Below, one piece after another: positions 1-15,968 of a DNA stretch of 64,000 nucleotides (the first letter of the stretch is position 1; each line of letters begins with the position of its first letter). Position numbers and translations under genes: made by a program. The stretch lies in the NCBI RefSeq assembly GCF_009914755.1, contig NC_060936.1; one strand, written 5' to 3'. Under the pieces are notes generated by a model that was not told where the DNA came from, did no database searches, and was given only the letters and a program-made list of their open reading frames with translations. Source of the stretch: the human T2T-CHM13v2.0 reference genome, Homo sapiens.

Positions 1-626
1 GCTTTCACAGGGCAGCGTTGAGCAAGGAGCAGCGTGTCCATCAGAAGATACAGGTGCTGGGGGCCGCAGAGTACTGGGCAGGGGTAAGTGGGGGAAGGCT
101 TCCTGGAGGAGGGAACATGCTAACCAGTTTGGAAGAATGAGACTGTTAAAGATCCAGCTTGGCAAACGAGGAAGGAGCACATGGAGCGAATGCCCTGTGG
201 GACTCTCAGAGGAACCAGGATGTGAACTGCCCTCCCCAAATTTGAGTACAGCTTTACAAATGACAAAGCGCTCCAATCTGCATTTCCTCAGTTACCCTTG
301 AGAGCAGTCTTGGAGCCAGATGCACTTAACCCTCCTCTTACATGGGAGGAGAACGTGAGTGGTTTCCCCAAACATTCCCTAAACCCAGAGCCAGAGATAA
401 CCCTCTGCCCACTGCCCAGCTCACTGGGCATTTGTCCTAAGAGTCAGGCCAGAGGCTGGAGGAGCAGAGAGCAAGTTCCAGAGTTTTGTTGGGGTGATTC
501 TGCTTGATATGACCAAGAACAATGCCCTCCACTGACCTCCAAAGCATTTAAGCTGGGGTGACTGCCAGGGGTCCCTTGGAGGGACAAGGGCAGTTGTCCA
601 GTTACAGGGGGACTCCTCCTGCTCAC

Positions 627-841
627 CTCTTCTTGTAGTCCTCCACTACGTCCCGCACATTCCTCAGCTCCGAGTCCAGCCTCACCCTGTCCCCAGACAG
701 CGTCTCCAGCTGCTTCCGCAGGTTGCTGATGTAGCCCTCGAGGATGGGCTCCAGGTTGTTCTTGCAGTTGTTCAGGTCCAGCTGCTGCAGCAGCTCCCAC
801 TTGGTCTCCAGTACCTGGTTCTGCTGCTCCAGGAACCGCAC
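627..841 (-). CDS. KRT71: KRT71 exon 2 (215 nt)
   Basis: TTCCAG|GTGCGG ... AAGAG|GTGAG; [22 protein letters not shown]. Confidence 0.96.
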
Positions 842-3675
842 CTGGAACCCAGATCCCAGAAACTGCTGAACCCTTGCAGTAATAGTCACACGTGTCTCTC
901 ACAGGGCATTGTGTAAAGCTTCTATCTGCATTTTCTCCTCAATAGAGCTGAAAGAGGTGGGCAAATCATTACCCTCTGCTATGGAGAGAAAACTGAGACA
1001 CAGAGCAACTTCGGCTGTTTCCAAGGCCCAACAGTTTAAGAAGCGGTGGAGCCCGGAACTGAATCTAGACACATGTCCCTGTAACCCGTGCATGCAATCA
1101 CCCAGCACCCTCCATGGTTGCACCAACTCAGGGCTTGGCTGTGATTGAAAATACCAGCAGAGAAGCCAGGATGGGTCCACCATTTTGGACAGGTTGACCA
1201 TCCTGAAGAAAAGTCTGCTCTTCATTTCAGGGCATGTCAGAGCTCAGTAAGGCTTGGGCCAAGGGCTTCTAGGTATTTTAAATGCCTGGAGCAGGCACCA
1301 GCTTCATCTTTGCTTATAGCCCCTCCTCTCCCTCCTTGGTCCTGCTCCCCAGAACCATCTTCTCTGCAACAAGCATGGCACATGGAACATGATGGACAGA
1401 TGGAGCTCCTGATCCCATTGTAGCCCCTCACTGAGGCAGGAAACTGGCCAGAAGGAGATGTCCATACACACCTCTTGTTTGGTTTTTGGGGATGGGGAGC
1501 ACAGTTTTTAAAATGTGACTTCCCTTAATCTACATGAGCACAGCTACTGCTTGAATAAGGTTGTCTTCCCCAACATCAGAAACACAAGACATGGGAAAAC
1601 TATCTAAGATTCAGTGTCAAGATAGAATTATTCCCCGAAAATTTGTCTCTAGCCCGTCTTCCAGCATTTGGTCTGGTTTAACCAATCCTGAATTTTTCAT
1701 GTGATCTACGAGGCTGAGCATTAACCACAGAGTAAATCCTGCATCTGAGACACCACAATACACACCTGCACTACTGAACACATCTGGATGCCGAAAGGAT
1801 TTACCCATCTTCTCTGGCTGCCTGAGGTTAAGGGACTGATCTCTGGAGACTGAAATTATTTGGGAACTGTCCAAGCCTTTCAGCCTCCTTCCCCTCCCTC
1901 GGGGCAGACCATCTTTATAAACAGGATGTGACCCTCCTCATGTTCATCTTTCTTCCCATGTCTCCAGACTTTATCCTTCTGTAGGTTTTGACCAGCCGAG
2001 CCAAGAATCAATCAGTCCACTCCCATCACCCAGACCCCATCTCAGAACACTTTGATCTTGCAGATATGAAAAGGCTTAGAAGAATAAGAAGCCGCAGAGC
2101 CAGTCCTAGCCCCTGAGGCTGAGCCGAGGGCAGCAGGGACTCCTCCAGGCAGGAAGTCTGAGCTGCAGGAGCTGGCTAAGCTCTGATGGCCACATGACCG
2201 TCTCACCCATAGACTTTGTCCTGGGTTGACCCGTCCTTGGTGCCTGACTGCCACAGAGCCAACAGAACCCTCCAGTCTCCTCCTCTGGGTCTGGAGGCAA
2301 AAGGCTGAGGGTCCAGCCTCACCCTTCCCTTTCCCCAAATGACCCTGGGAATGCCATTTACCTCCATGCCTTCAGTGACTCATACGATAGGGATAATCAT
2401 TTCTTCTCTGCCAGAAGTCAGGGGCCTATCTGGACTGTGTCATCTCTTCAGGTCTCTAGACACCTTTGATTCCTCCCCTGAGCTTCCCTCCCCCACATTC
2501 CAGAGATAAGAAATGAGAGTCACAATCACAATCATTTTTGGAGTATTTAGTGTGCGTCAGGCTTGTGACAAGATCTTCACCTGCATTTTCTTTTATAAGC
2601 CTGACAACAACCCCAAGACAGAAGTTATTATCTCCATTTTAGAGATGAGGAGATGGCAACACAGACAGGCAGATCACCTTCCCAGAGCCACTCAGCTGTG
2701 GCCAGCAGTGAGCACAAGAGCACCGTGGAGTCCCCTTCCCCAGTGCCCTCTTCTGCCTCTCAAGAAAGTCTTCAACTGACTGGAGCAAATGCCCAATCAG
2801 AGGGCCTGAAGCGGCCCCTTCCTGCTGCTCCTGATCCGCTGGGCAAGTGACCAGTGGGCAGGGCAGCATGCCAGGGGAGGAGGACAGCTTCCCTGCTTAC
2901 TCTGGGCGAGACTGTCTCTCACAGGCCTTTTCTGCACACGGCCTGCAGGCCTAGCAATGGCACCAAGCTAGCCCTCAAGAGGAAGGACCACATCTCTTGC
3001 TGGGAGCCCTGAGAAGCCTCTGCCAGTAGAAATTGACCTGCCTCTGTTTTCTCTCTGGAAAGACAACACAGAGAACCTTACACAGGTCACCCTGTTGATG
3101 GGATGTACCTACCTTGTCCACAGTAAAGTCTTCCTCACATCTAACCTCAATCTCTCCTGGTGTAACAAAATCGTATGTTCCAAGAAGAGAAGAGGAGGGC
3201 TGTTCACAAGTTCCCCAGGCCCTAGAAGACCCACCTTGTCGATGAAGGAGGCGAACTTGTTGTTCAGAGCCTTGATCTGCTCTCGCTCCTGGGCACGCAC
3301 TTTCTGGATCTCGGGGTCCAGCTCCACGTTGAGGGGGGCCAGGAGGCTCTCATTGACGGTAACCTGGTGGATGCCTCCAGGTGGGCATACAGTTGGGCAC
3401 ACAGGCCCCAGGGCCACACTGCCAAACATGCTTCCAGCAAAGCCACTGGCCCGGCCCCGGCCAAATCCATAGCCTCCACTCTTCCCGCTGCCACTGGCCA
3501 CATTGAGGCTCCGGACACCCCCCAGGCTGTAGAGGCTCCGGCTGCCAAAGCCCCCACTGAGCCCTTTGCTCCCTGCCCGGAAGGAGGATGAGCTGCCCCC
3601 TGAGAGCACAGCTGAGCAGCCACTGAAGCCCCCCTTGGCGGCAGCTCCCGACTTGCAGGTGAATTGGCGGCTCAT
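627..3675 (-). CDS. KRT71: Keratin 71 (type II, inner root sheath), 5' partial: join(3235..3675,627..841); gene continues left of the window
   Basis: Head [23 protein letters not shown], coil 1[12 protein letters not shown]|VRFLEQQN; GT/AG boundaries; exon sizes 441 and 215 nt. Confidence 0.96.
3235..3675 (-). CDS. KRT71: KRT71 exon 1 coding part (147 codons)
   Basis: ATG at 3675-3673; ends GACAAG|GTGGG. Confidence 0.96.
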
Positions 3676-3765
3676 GTTGCTGGTGGAGACAAAGCTCAGA
3701 TGCAGGAGGGAGGAAGGCAAAATCCCAAAAGGTTCTGCTGGTTGTAGTGAGGACTGGCAGGTGCC

Positions 3766-3771
3766 TTTATA
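3766..3771 (-). promoter_or_regulatory. KRT71 TATA box (TATAAA)
   Basis: Minus strand CATATAAAGG about 90 nt upstream of the ATG. Confidence 0.75.
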
Positions 3772-3941
3772 TGTGCTTGGCACTGGGGCTTGTGGATGGG
3801 CAGTCAAGAGCTTAATTCGTGGGTTTGGCTTGCCTGGGAGCAAGAAGTCATTTTCTCTATGCTGAGCTAGAGATCAAGCCCTCTCCACCTCTGAAACAAC
3901 ATGAAACCTTCAAATTGCTGGGCTTGCAAGCTTTGCTCATG

Positions 3942-3984
3942 TAATTTGGGTCTTATCTAATTAACCTGCTGTTATAGGGTAATT
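3942..3984. promoter_or_regulatory. KRT71 upstream cluster of TAATT (homeodomain) and AGATAA (GATA) motifs
   Basis: TAATTTGGGTCTTATCTAATTAA...TAATT; 14/17 match to KRT74 24641-24657. Confidence 0.5.
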
Positions 3985-5506
3985 TGCCCTAGGCCCTGGC
4001 CTCTCCAGGGGGATGTCACTGGCACTGCACCATCCCTATCCTGATTAATCTTCTCTGGGTTGTTGGCTTCCTCCTGGGGATGCAGCAGGTGAAGACAGGA
4101 TGGACTTTCCTGGATAGTTCAGGACACTGGGTAGAGTACTGGGGCCTCCAACTTCTGTTCTCCTCCTTCCTGGAAAGGGACTGATCAGGCATTACCTCTC
4201 CCCAGGCCTCCTGGAAACATAACCCATAGAGGGCAGCTGCTCTCACTCATGGGGTATTAGGAGGTGGAGTGACCCTCTCGCTAGCATGGGACAGAAGCAG
4301 CCCAGGCCAGAGCCAACCACGGGCACTATCCTCACTTCACCCCCCTCAAACACCCATAATAAAGCAGGCTGGAGGCTTCAAACACTGGAGAAAATGAGGA
4401 CGAGAAAAGGAGGATGGAGTTGGGGCAGGTGGCTGAGAAATTCGGGGACTTGACTGGAAGGAGGTACAGAGAAGACAAAGACAGAGGCTGGCCCATGGCC
4501 TGGAGGGTTATGGAGATTCCTGGGTGGTCCACTTCCTCATTTCTGTCTCTCCTCCAATGTGTATCTGCTAATAAGACTAGGAACAACTTGAGGACAGTAA
4601 TCATCTGTTTAGAGTTCAAATAAAGAAGCTGTTATCAACATGAAACTTAACTCCTATTGCCTCTGTCCAGGCCCAAGTGAGCCAAGAACAAGGCTGGCTG
4701 AGCCCTCCCCAGGAGTGCAAGCCTCCAGGCAGGCTCAGACCAGAAAGACCCAATGGGGGCGACCCAGTAAGCACGATGTCATTCTACTCCAAACAGTCCT
4801 TTGATGCCAGCCCCAGAGACTCTGGCTGCAGCCCCTGCTTCCTAGCCACTGGCTCCTGTGTTGGGCCCCAGCTACTCCCATGATCGCCATTGCCACTGTG
4901 GCCCTATTCAACCCAAGGCAGCTCTGTCCCTGAAGATCACCCTTGCCCAGAGATCCCTGCTGGAGCCCCATGGGTGAACAGCAGCTCTTTGCTGGGTGGG
5001 GCACAGGAGGGAAGAAAATCTGGAGACAGGCTGGTTTGGGGCTCTCTCTCATATTGTTTAGGGGAAGAGCCTGGACTCCAGTCCCTCCCAATCCTCTGCA
5101 TTCCTTCCTCTACTCTTGCCCCTGCCATTTTGTCTTCTTTGCTCTTACTGAAACTACCCGAATTTTCCTATCCCTGCCTTCTCTCTTTCTCACCTTCTCT
5201 CTCCATCCCTCCTCATCCCTCCCATCCATCTTCCCTCCATCCTTCCCTCTCAGCCTTTCGCCATCTCTTGTTCTGTCACTTCCCCATCCTGCTCTCCTCC
5301 AGGAGGTCTTCCTGCACCCACACAGGCCAGGTCTGAGCTCTCCTTACCTCCCTCCGCTCTGAACACATCCTTAGCATGTGCTGGTGGGGCTGCAACTCTG
5401 TGACAGCTCCCATGGGGATCCTCTGAAGCCATGTCACATGTCATCTTAGTTTTTCTTTGTAAGGCTAGCAGAGTCTTCTCCAGATTAGAGACCACCTAGT
5501 GCACTC

Positions 5507-6523
5507 TGAGATGGAGCAGGGACGCCCTCGTAGGGGCCTTCAGGTCCCCTCAAGCATGGAAATAAAGGACAATCTTGAGTTCCTTCAAGGGAAATTCTGG
5601 GCACCTTGCTAGCCTGGAGAAATAAATAAGCAACCTGACAAGCAAGAAGATAACAGTAGCCCAAAACAACAGCCACGAAAGCTGGAATCGTGGGATGTTT
5701 GGTTCCGCCATAGAAACTAAAGATAGCACCTTAACATATGTCCCAGAGTTGTTTGTCAGAAACCCAAACCCCACCAAAAGGGATGCCTGGGCACATAGAC
5801 CTCAGATAAAGGGACACTGGGCACTGAGCTCTGACCACCACTCTTTGTTCTAAATTTCTTCCTGAGGGGCCTGAAGAATGTCACACCTACAAGCCAGAGC
5901 TAACACTCTTTTCTGCTGACCCCAAATTTTTAAACAAAGTTTCTCTTCCTTAACCAATTGCAAATCATAAAATCTTTGAATCTGTTTATGACCTGTGAGC
6001 TCCCACTTAAAAACATCCTGACCAAACACCGCATGTTCTCACTCATAAGTGGGAGTTGAACATTGAGAACACATGGACACAGAGAGGGAAACAACACACA
6101 CCAGGGCCTGTTGGGGGGTGAGGGGTGAGGGGAGGGAACTTAGAGGATGGGTCAATAGGTGCAGCAAACCACCATGGCACATGTGTACCTATGAAACAAA
6201 CCTGCACGTTCTGTACAGGTATCCTACTTTTTTTAAGAAGAAATAAAGAAAAAAAAGAAAGACATCCTGCCCTTTTAGGCCAAAGCCAATGTGTAGCCTT
6301 CATGTATTGAATTTCGCCTGTAACTTCTGCTCTGCTGAAATTTACCCCGCCTTTAAAGCCTCTAATCTTCACACCATCAGGGAGGTTGGGACTTCAGCAT
6401 TAGCTGCCTGGTCCCTCTTGCTTGGTGCCCTGCAAATAAACGCCTTCCTTTCCACTGCTGCAAACCTCGGTGTAGATATCTGGTCTTCCTGGGCCGAGCA
6501 AGTGGACTCCAGTTTGGTTCTAG
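5507..6523 (+). mobile_element. ERV1-class solo LTR (MER34/MER39-like), interrupted by an L1 3' fragment
   Basis: Starts TGAGATGGAGCAGGGAC; LTR-type AATAAA near 6436; subfamily recalled, not verified. Confidence 0.6.
6021..6260 (+). mobile_element. 5'-truncated L1PA 3' end nested in the LTR
   Basis: CATGTTCTCACTCATAAGTGGGAG, G-rich tract, A-rich tail; TSD-like AAA(A/G)ACATCCTG on both sides. Confidence 0.85.
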
Positions 6524-7584
6524 AACCCTTGCCTCCCTCCCACCCTTCCTTTCTTCCTTTGGTGGACTTCTACTGAGTGCCTGCTGTATGCTGGCACCAT
6601 GCTCAGTGCTGGGGACACAGGAGTTGGTGGTGTACACTGAAGATTTGAAGGTTTTCTAGAGCTCTTGCTTGTGGTCCTCCATCTCTGGCTCTGAAAGCTG
6701 CATTTCTTGACATGCATGGCAGAGCCCTAGCCCAGCCTTTAGTGTCCCTGCCGCTGCTGCAGCCACCCCAACCCATCCCACAACCTCCTTCCTCGATGCC
6801 CCAGCCAAGGACATCTCACCCACTGGCCCCATCTTCGACTACCTCCAAAATTTTGCCAAGCTATTCTTATTCAGCCTGGAACCCCTTATCTCCCGATCTC
6901 CTCTGACCCCAATCCCACTGCTCTTCTGAACTCCTGCTTAAAACCCTGGATTTTGCAGTCTCCCCTCCCCAGCGTCCCGACTCCTCTGTCCCTTGACACC
7001 CATGTGCAGGTTGCTGTTTCCTAGGGCCTGGGTCCTGGGTCCTGGGTCCTGGGGAGGGTCCCATGTCCCAGTCAATTCCTCCTTCTGTGCCTTCCCTGAG
7101 AGCCCAGGACCAGCCTCTGAACATCCCCTCCCAGGTATGGGAGAATCAGTGAATAGCCCCTTGTTGGAGAAGCAACAAAACAGAGCGGAGTCAGGGCATC
7201 TTTAGGGGGCTTCTAGGCCTGTTGTCCACCTGGAGTGGCACCAGGTTGGAGCCTAGGCTGCTGCAGGGATCTGAATTCCATGCCACCACTCAGCCGCACA
7301 GTTTGCTCGGTCTCTCTAAGCCTCAACTTCCCCAGCTGTAAATGGGAAATAAACTCCTGGTGAGATAGTTGTGATGATAACATGTTAATCCATAGAAAGT
7401 GCCTGCTTTATAAAATACATAATAAATGTTATCAACAACTAAAAGCAGAGAGCTCAGTAGAATTGGGGAATTGGCCTGTCCTCCCCTCTCTCCTTTCTCT
7501 CCTCTGGACCAGCACGTTCCCACGCAGTGTCATCTGATGTTGTAGGAAAGGGAGGGAGTGGGGTTCCCTCAGGCCCCAGGCTCA

Positions 7585-8031
<447 letters not shown>

Positions 8032-10099
8032 TCAGATTTTTTGGTATTGATCTTTTATCAAATATTTATTGGGTACCTACCAAGTGCTGAGGGGGGCCAT
8101 AAAAAGTTTCCTGCCCTCAAAGGATTTAGTCTCTGGGTCCCTCCAAATGCAAGCACCCCTGGGAGAAGAAGCTCATCAAGCTATTAACAAGTGGTTAACA
8201 CCTTAGCATGAATTAGTTAGTCAGACACTGGCCATTAGGCATGAGACACCCAGTGTTGTTGATGAGGCCAGTGATAGAGGAGGAAGGAGAGTTGGGGACC
8301 TCCCACAGGAAGGGAGGGCCTAGGTGGGGCTCCTGAGGTGCCTGTGTTTTTCGGGAGGGAAAAAAGGAGAGACTGAAGGAAACCAGGACAGGGCCACAGC
8401 TCACTAGGGGGACTAAACCCCCAATCCCCCCAGTCCCGCTTTAACTGAGATCTGGGAAGATTTAGGGGTGGGAGGAGCCAGCACCCCTGCTTGGGGAGCC
8501 CTCTGGCCTGGTGGGGAGGCAGGATCTGAGCTGCCCGTCTGGCTCTGTTTTTCTTTCATGCCCTCCATGGGAGGGGTCTAGCTTTCCACATGAGAATTGA
8601 ATTCTGAGCAATGTTTGGGCAGGCGTGGACATCTCTGGGCCAGTTATACCCATCTGTGAAACAGTCGGGGGAATGCGTCATATCAGAGGATCAAACCCCT
8701 AAGATACCAGGAACATCTGGCTTGGACATTCAAGAAAAAAATTAAATGGCATGTTACATTACATTTGTGTGGCTCTTGGTTTTATAGCCACATGTTTTAT
8801 TTGGCTTACATGTATAATTTGTAAGTGTCTTTGTATTGTTGTTTCTGTGTCTGTGATCATGACCAGTTTGACACATTTGTGTGTGAACCCATGGCTCTAA
8901 TTTGTATCTTGCTCTTTCCTCTCAGCACTCTTGGGTCGGATAAGTCTGGAGAGAGAAGACCTCCAAGAGCAGGGCAAGACAACCGAGTACAATATAAGAG
9001 GGTAGTTGCTGGGTGAGAGGAAAGGGGAATGCATAGATGTGGGGACACTAAACCTACAAGGGCTGCCTGGAGGATGGAGTTTGGATCCCAGTCTCTTAAG
9101 GGAAGAAGGCTTGGATGGACAGGCATGGAGGAATGAGGAAAACTGCCCTGGGTGGCAGAAGGCAGGTCATTTGTGAGGAAAAGACCCACCAGGCTGGAGC
9201 AATCATGAATAAAGTACGACTTTGCGGGGGAGGGACTCTGGATGCCAGGCTGTGCACATGATGGGGAGCCATTGAGGGCTACTGAGCCAGGGAGGGCCTG
9301 AGCAATCCATGTTTGAGGCAGCAGAATCCAGGTGCTATGTGGACAGGGTTGGTGGGGGTGGAGAGAGGCTGGAGGCACCGAGAGAGGGGCAGGTGGTTCT
9401 CTGAGCAAATAATTGTCTCCAGAATTAGAGAGAATGAGCTGAGCTATTTGGATGACATCAGCCCAGGTCCTGCCAGCCCTCCTCAGCAGATGAACCCAGG
9501 AAATGAGCATGTCATCTATGGATCCCCCAGAAGCCCCCTCCTGGCACCCCCTCATCTTTCAGTGGTTTCAGATAGGCAGGGTTTTCAGCCCCAGCCAGCC
9601 GGATGGAGCGCAGTGCCGGGGGCCTGGCCACAACCCACCATTCATTGGGGGGCAGGACAGCTGGTCAGCATTTTTGCAGCTGCCAAGGCTGAGGGTGTGC
9701 CCACCCCAGAGGAGCTGGGATATAAAGGATAGGAAGGCTGTCCTTCCAGGCATGGCTCCCCTCCCATTTTGCCATATTTCTGACAGAGAGGGTCATCTGG
9801 GGCTGCCCCTCTCCTCATTTCCTCCTCACTCAGCTCCGTGGCTGGGAGCACCTCCTTTGAGCCATGCTGCAGCCCCACGCCAAGCCTCTAGCGAAGTGCA
9901 TGGACTTGAGACTCTGAGGACCCAGGTCCCAGTCTTGCCTTGGCCACTCATGAGCCGTGTGACTGTGGGCAGGTCTCTTACCTTCCTAAGCCTCTGTTTT
10001 CACATCTCTAAAAGAGGGGGTGCCAACACCTGCTCCACCTACTCCCCAAGGTGGTTGGGAGGCACCTTGTAAATAAGAATAATGGTGACAATGATAATA

Positions 10100-10595
<496 letters not shown>

Positions 10596-12959
10596 TGAGC
10601 CAAGGTTCAAATACAGGCATGCTGGCTATAGTCTGTGCCCTTAGCCTCCACACCACCCTGGCTTTCTTGAGTACAAATGTCTAGTGCCCCTGCGTGTCCT
10701 ATTCCCAGGTGAGCATGCCCACCTCTAACCCTCACCAGCTCTGGTCTCTGCTCTCTCCTGTCCCTCCAACACTTGAACCACAGTGTGAAAAGCTGAGCTC
10801 ATCACTTTCTGTCCCTAATATACCCTCCCACCCCATCAGTGCCCACGCCCTCACTCACCCAGGTGCTCCGCACTCTCAAGAAGTCACCTGCCATCTCTTA
10901 AGGCAGTTGCTCTGCATCTATCACCACGGCATGGCCCAGGCTGCCCCTCATCCTCTCCCCTCTGGAATTCTGGCAGCAGCCTCTTGGGTGGTCCTCCTGC
11001 CAGCCCACCCTATAAGCCTCTGGTTTCCAGGATTGACATTTCATACACTCCTGTCTTCCTGTCACAACCCTCCAGCCAGCCACATCTGACCCCTCAGTCC
11101 CCTTTTCAGCCTTCTTTGCTCTTTTGGAGAAAATAGATGTGATTTCAGGACCTGGGTGAGGATGGGGTTGGGGATGCTTGTGAGGCCCTGACATGTTTCT
11201 TACGGGCAGCTTCCTTTTTCCTGATGTCATGCTCTGGGCTATTCTCCCAGCCTCCTGCCTACCAGGCAGGACATAGCTACTCCAAGAAGCCTCCCCTAAG
11301 CCCTTCCGAATTCCCCTGGTTTCCACCCCTTCCCTGTCAGGGTCAGGCTGCAGCTTTCTCCTGCTGCTCAGGTTCTGGGCGCATCCCTCCACCCCAAAAT
11401 GACCAAAGGCTCCAGGGCTTAATGCATGAACTGTGAGAACTGCATGTCTTACCAGCTGACAGACATGTTCCAAGGCATATCAGAAGATGTGTGTGCACAT
11501 CTGTATGTGAATGGCTGGGAGCAGAACAGGTGTCCAGCCATTATGAACATGGCTGTCCTGGTTGTCCATGGCTGACATCTCTGATTGGTTAGTGCCTGCT
11601 TGTACCAGCTGTTAAATGTTTTGCATCTTCCATAGACATCAGCTTTGTGAGCCTGCAGCCTCATGTCTATGCATGCGTACATGGGTTTCTGATGACATTG
11701 CACCTGATAATTGCTCCCATCTTCTATTAGCTGTTGCTTTCAGACCCCTGAGTCTCCATTATTCTCCATTAGTGGTTTCTAACAGGGAGCTGATTGTCCC
11801 TTTTTCATATATTTTCAATATATTCTTTTTCAATAATAGCCATGACAGGAGGGAGCAATGCAGTGACTCCCAGCTGGCGACCAAGTGAGGGAATCAAATT
11901 CATTCATTCATTCATTCAACAGCTCTGAGACCATGAAAGCAGGAGAAGTCATGACAGTTTAGACCTGAAAGAACATCCCTTCCCCAGGGCAGGAGGATGG
12001 CCAAGGTGACTTTTCAAGGTCACAGAGGATGGATTTCAATGAGACTTTCTCTACCAATGAACACAGATTACTCAGTTAAAGCCTCCTGCTACACTGAGTT
12101 TGGAACCTAGAGAGAATGGTTAGAAAAATCAGAAAATGGGAAGGTCAGAGGCAGAGGGAGAGGCATAGGAAGAAGCTGCAGGAAAGGGTGGATGAGGTCC
12201 CAGGACACAGTGCACAGACACTGATTGCCTTGTTCTTTTGCATTCAGTGATCCCATTTGACACTTACTAAGCAGCCTCTCTGTGCCAAGCGTTTACCACA
12301 TACAGGGATAGAGGAAGACACCAGCCTGCCTTTGAGGACTTCTCAGTCCAGCAGATAGGTCTGCCATTACAGAGCCTTGTAGGTTTCATTAAATCCCAGG
12401 TGGAGAGAAGATTCCAGTAGCAATTGGGTTTTGTGCTCACTTCAACTAATGAACCAAGATACAGTGAGTTTGGGAACTTAAGCAAGATTTTGGGTGTCCA
12501 CTTAAAATCTTAATCCAAGTCACTGTGCAGAGGCCATGACCCTGACAGAGAAAAAGAAATATTGCAGTTTTTTGGCCTCAGATGCTTCAACTCAACAGGC
12601 ATCAGCAAGAGCTATGAGAGCCACTTGAGGGCACTGAGTTGCTCTTCATAACCAAAGTCTGAGACTCAGGTGGTTAGTTAAGCAAGCACTTAATTAGCTG
12701 AGAGAGAGCCAGTGGTTGCCCTCAGCTGGGTGTAGCGGCCAAGTGTCAGAGACATGGTCAGCTCTTGGCTATCAGAAGTCCAGCTCCCCCAGGCTTGCCT
12801 TGGCCAGTCAAATGAGGGTAAGTAGTGTCTGTCCCCCTGCTGGTCATGGACAACTCTGTCTTTATGCCAGGTTGCTATTTGCCACACGGTAGGGAAGGCA
12901 GAGAGCAAAGTCCAGGGATACAGTTTCTCTGACCTTTTCCCTGCTGCACTCCCAAATTT

Positions 12960-14620
<1,661 letters not shown>

Positions 14621-15717
14621 TAACTGTAAATAATTGAAATTAACAATCACCTCTGGTCCTGCCTTCATGATTTCTCCTCTTGGGCTTCAAGGGACTCTGA
14701 GTCCAAAAGCAAGAGCACAGTCACTCCTGTGCACCTCTCAGCATCTTCATAATCCCAGATGGCAGAGAATCTCTCCATTTCTCAGGTGGATAAGCTGCAG
14801 CCAGAGAGGCTGCTCCTTCTGCCCACCTCAGCACTCTAGTAGAGGACACACTGTATCACATCTGCTTAGCCCTTCATCCCTGCATCCAGAGCCACGTTTG
14901 CGTGCAGCCATCACAGCCCAACAGCACCAGCTCAGGTGTGCCCAGTTGTCAGGGGCATGCTGCACAGCAGCCTTGAAAGAAGTGATTTCACGGAGGCTCA
15001 TGTATTAATACTTCTCCAAATGCTATTTCAGGTTGTGGGTCTCATTCCCTCTCTCACCTCAGGCCCTCTTACTGGGTCCCTCACTGGGAATGTGGTCTTT
15101 TGGGAAAGACAGAGCATCAATGCTAGGAAGGGCCTTAAGGGTATCTGGTGCAAAGGCTCTTAACCGGTGGTTCATGACCCAGGGAATCCATGGATGGGCT
15201 GTGGGGATCTGTGAACCTCTGGACATGCAGTAGACCCTGTCCACATTTCAGGGGAAAGATCCATGGCTTTCATCAGCTCTCAAAATGTTCATGACTTACA
15301 AGGTTAAGAACCACTGTGTGTAACAGGTGACTGGTTAGTGGTAGAGCTAGAATGGAGCCTCCCACTCCCAGGGCACTAGTTCAGTATCCACAGTGGCAGC
15401 AGTGGTGACATCAGAGGGAGACATTTGGGCAGAAAGCCCAACACACTCTTGGGCTCTTGTGTTTCCCACGGTTTACTGCACCCTGGCACACACAGAAGAG
15501 GACCTCCTTAATACATGAAAGCCACAGGGAGGTGAATGGAGGCCACTACTTAGGCCAGAGTCCCCATCCTCCCAAGGCCTGTCCCCATTATCTTGAGGCC
15601 TGTAGAGGTGAACATCTTTGGGCACACCCATGACACAAGACAAATTTGAAAGCTGCTTAGACAGCTAGACTCTGCCGGCCACAGCTGAGGGACTTAGAAA
15701 TCCACCCAGCCCCACTG

Positions 15718-15968
15718 CAGATTAAGCATCTCTAATCCAAAAGTCTGAAATCCAAAGTGCTCCAAAACTTTTGGAGCATTTTATTTAAAATTTGTACAAA
15801 ATTATCTTTAGCCTACGCAGAAGGTATATATGAAACATAAATGAAGTTCATGTTTTAATTTGGGTTCCATCCCCGAAGTATCTCATTATGCACATGCAAA
15901 CATTTCAAAATCCAAAGTCAGGAATGTTTCTGGTCCCAAGAATTTTGGATAAGGTATACCCAATCTGT
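15718..15968. mobile_element. TcMar-Tigger MITE (Tigger4a/MER46A-like)
   Basis: Degenerate inverted termini CAGATTAAGCATC...GGTATACCCAATCTG; internal AAATCCAAA motifs. Confidence 0.6.

Noticed and set aside
3109-3843. ORF-track extensions of keratin exon 1 (also 23879-24433 and 51444-52097)
   Set aside because: They use non-ATG starts and read through the GT donor into the intron; the true starts are the MSRQ ATGs.
8857-10072. Long ORFs of 232 aa (minus) and 189 aa (plus)
   Set aside because: No recognisable domain, low-complexity composition, partial overlap with MIR; expected by chance in GC-rich DNA.
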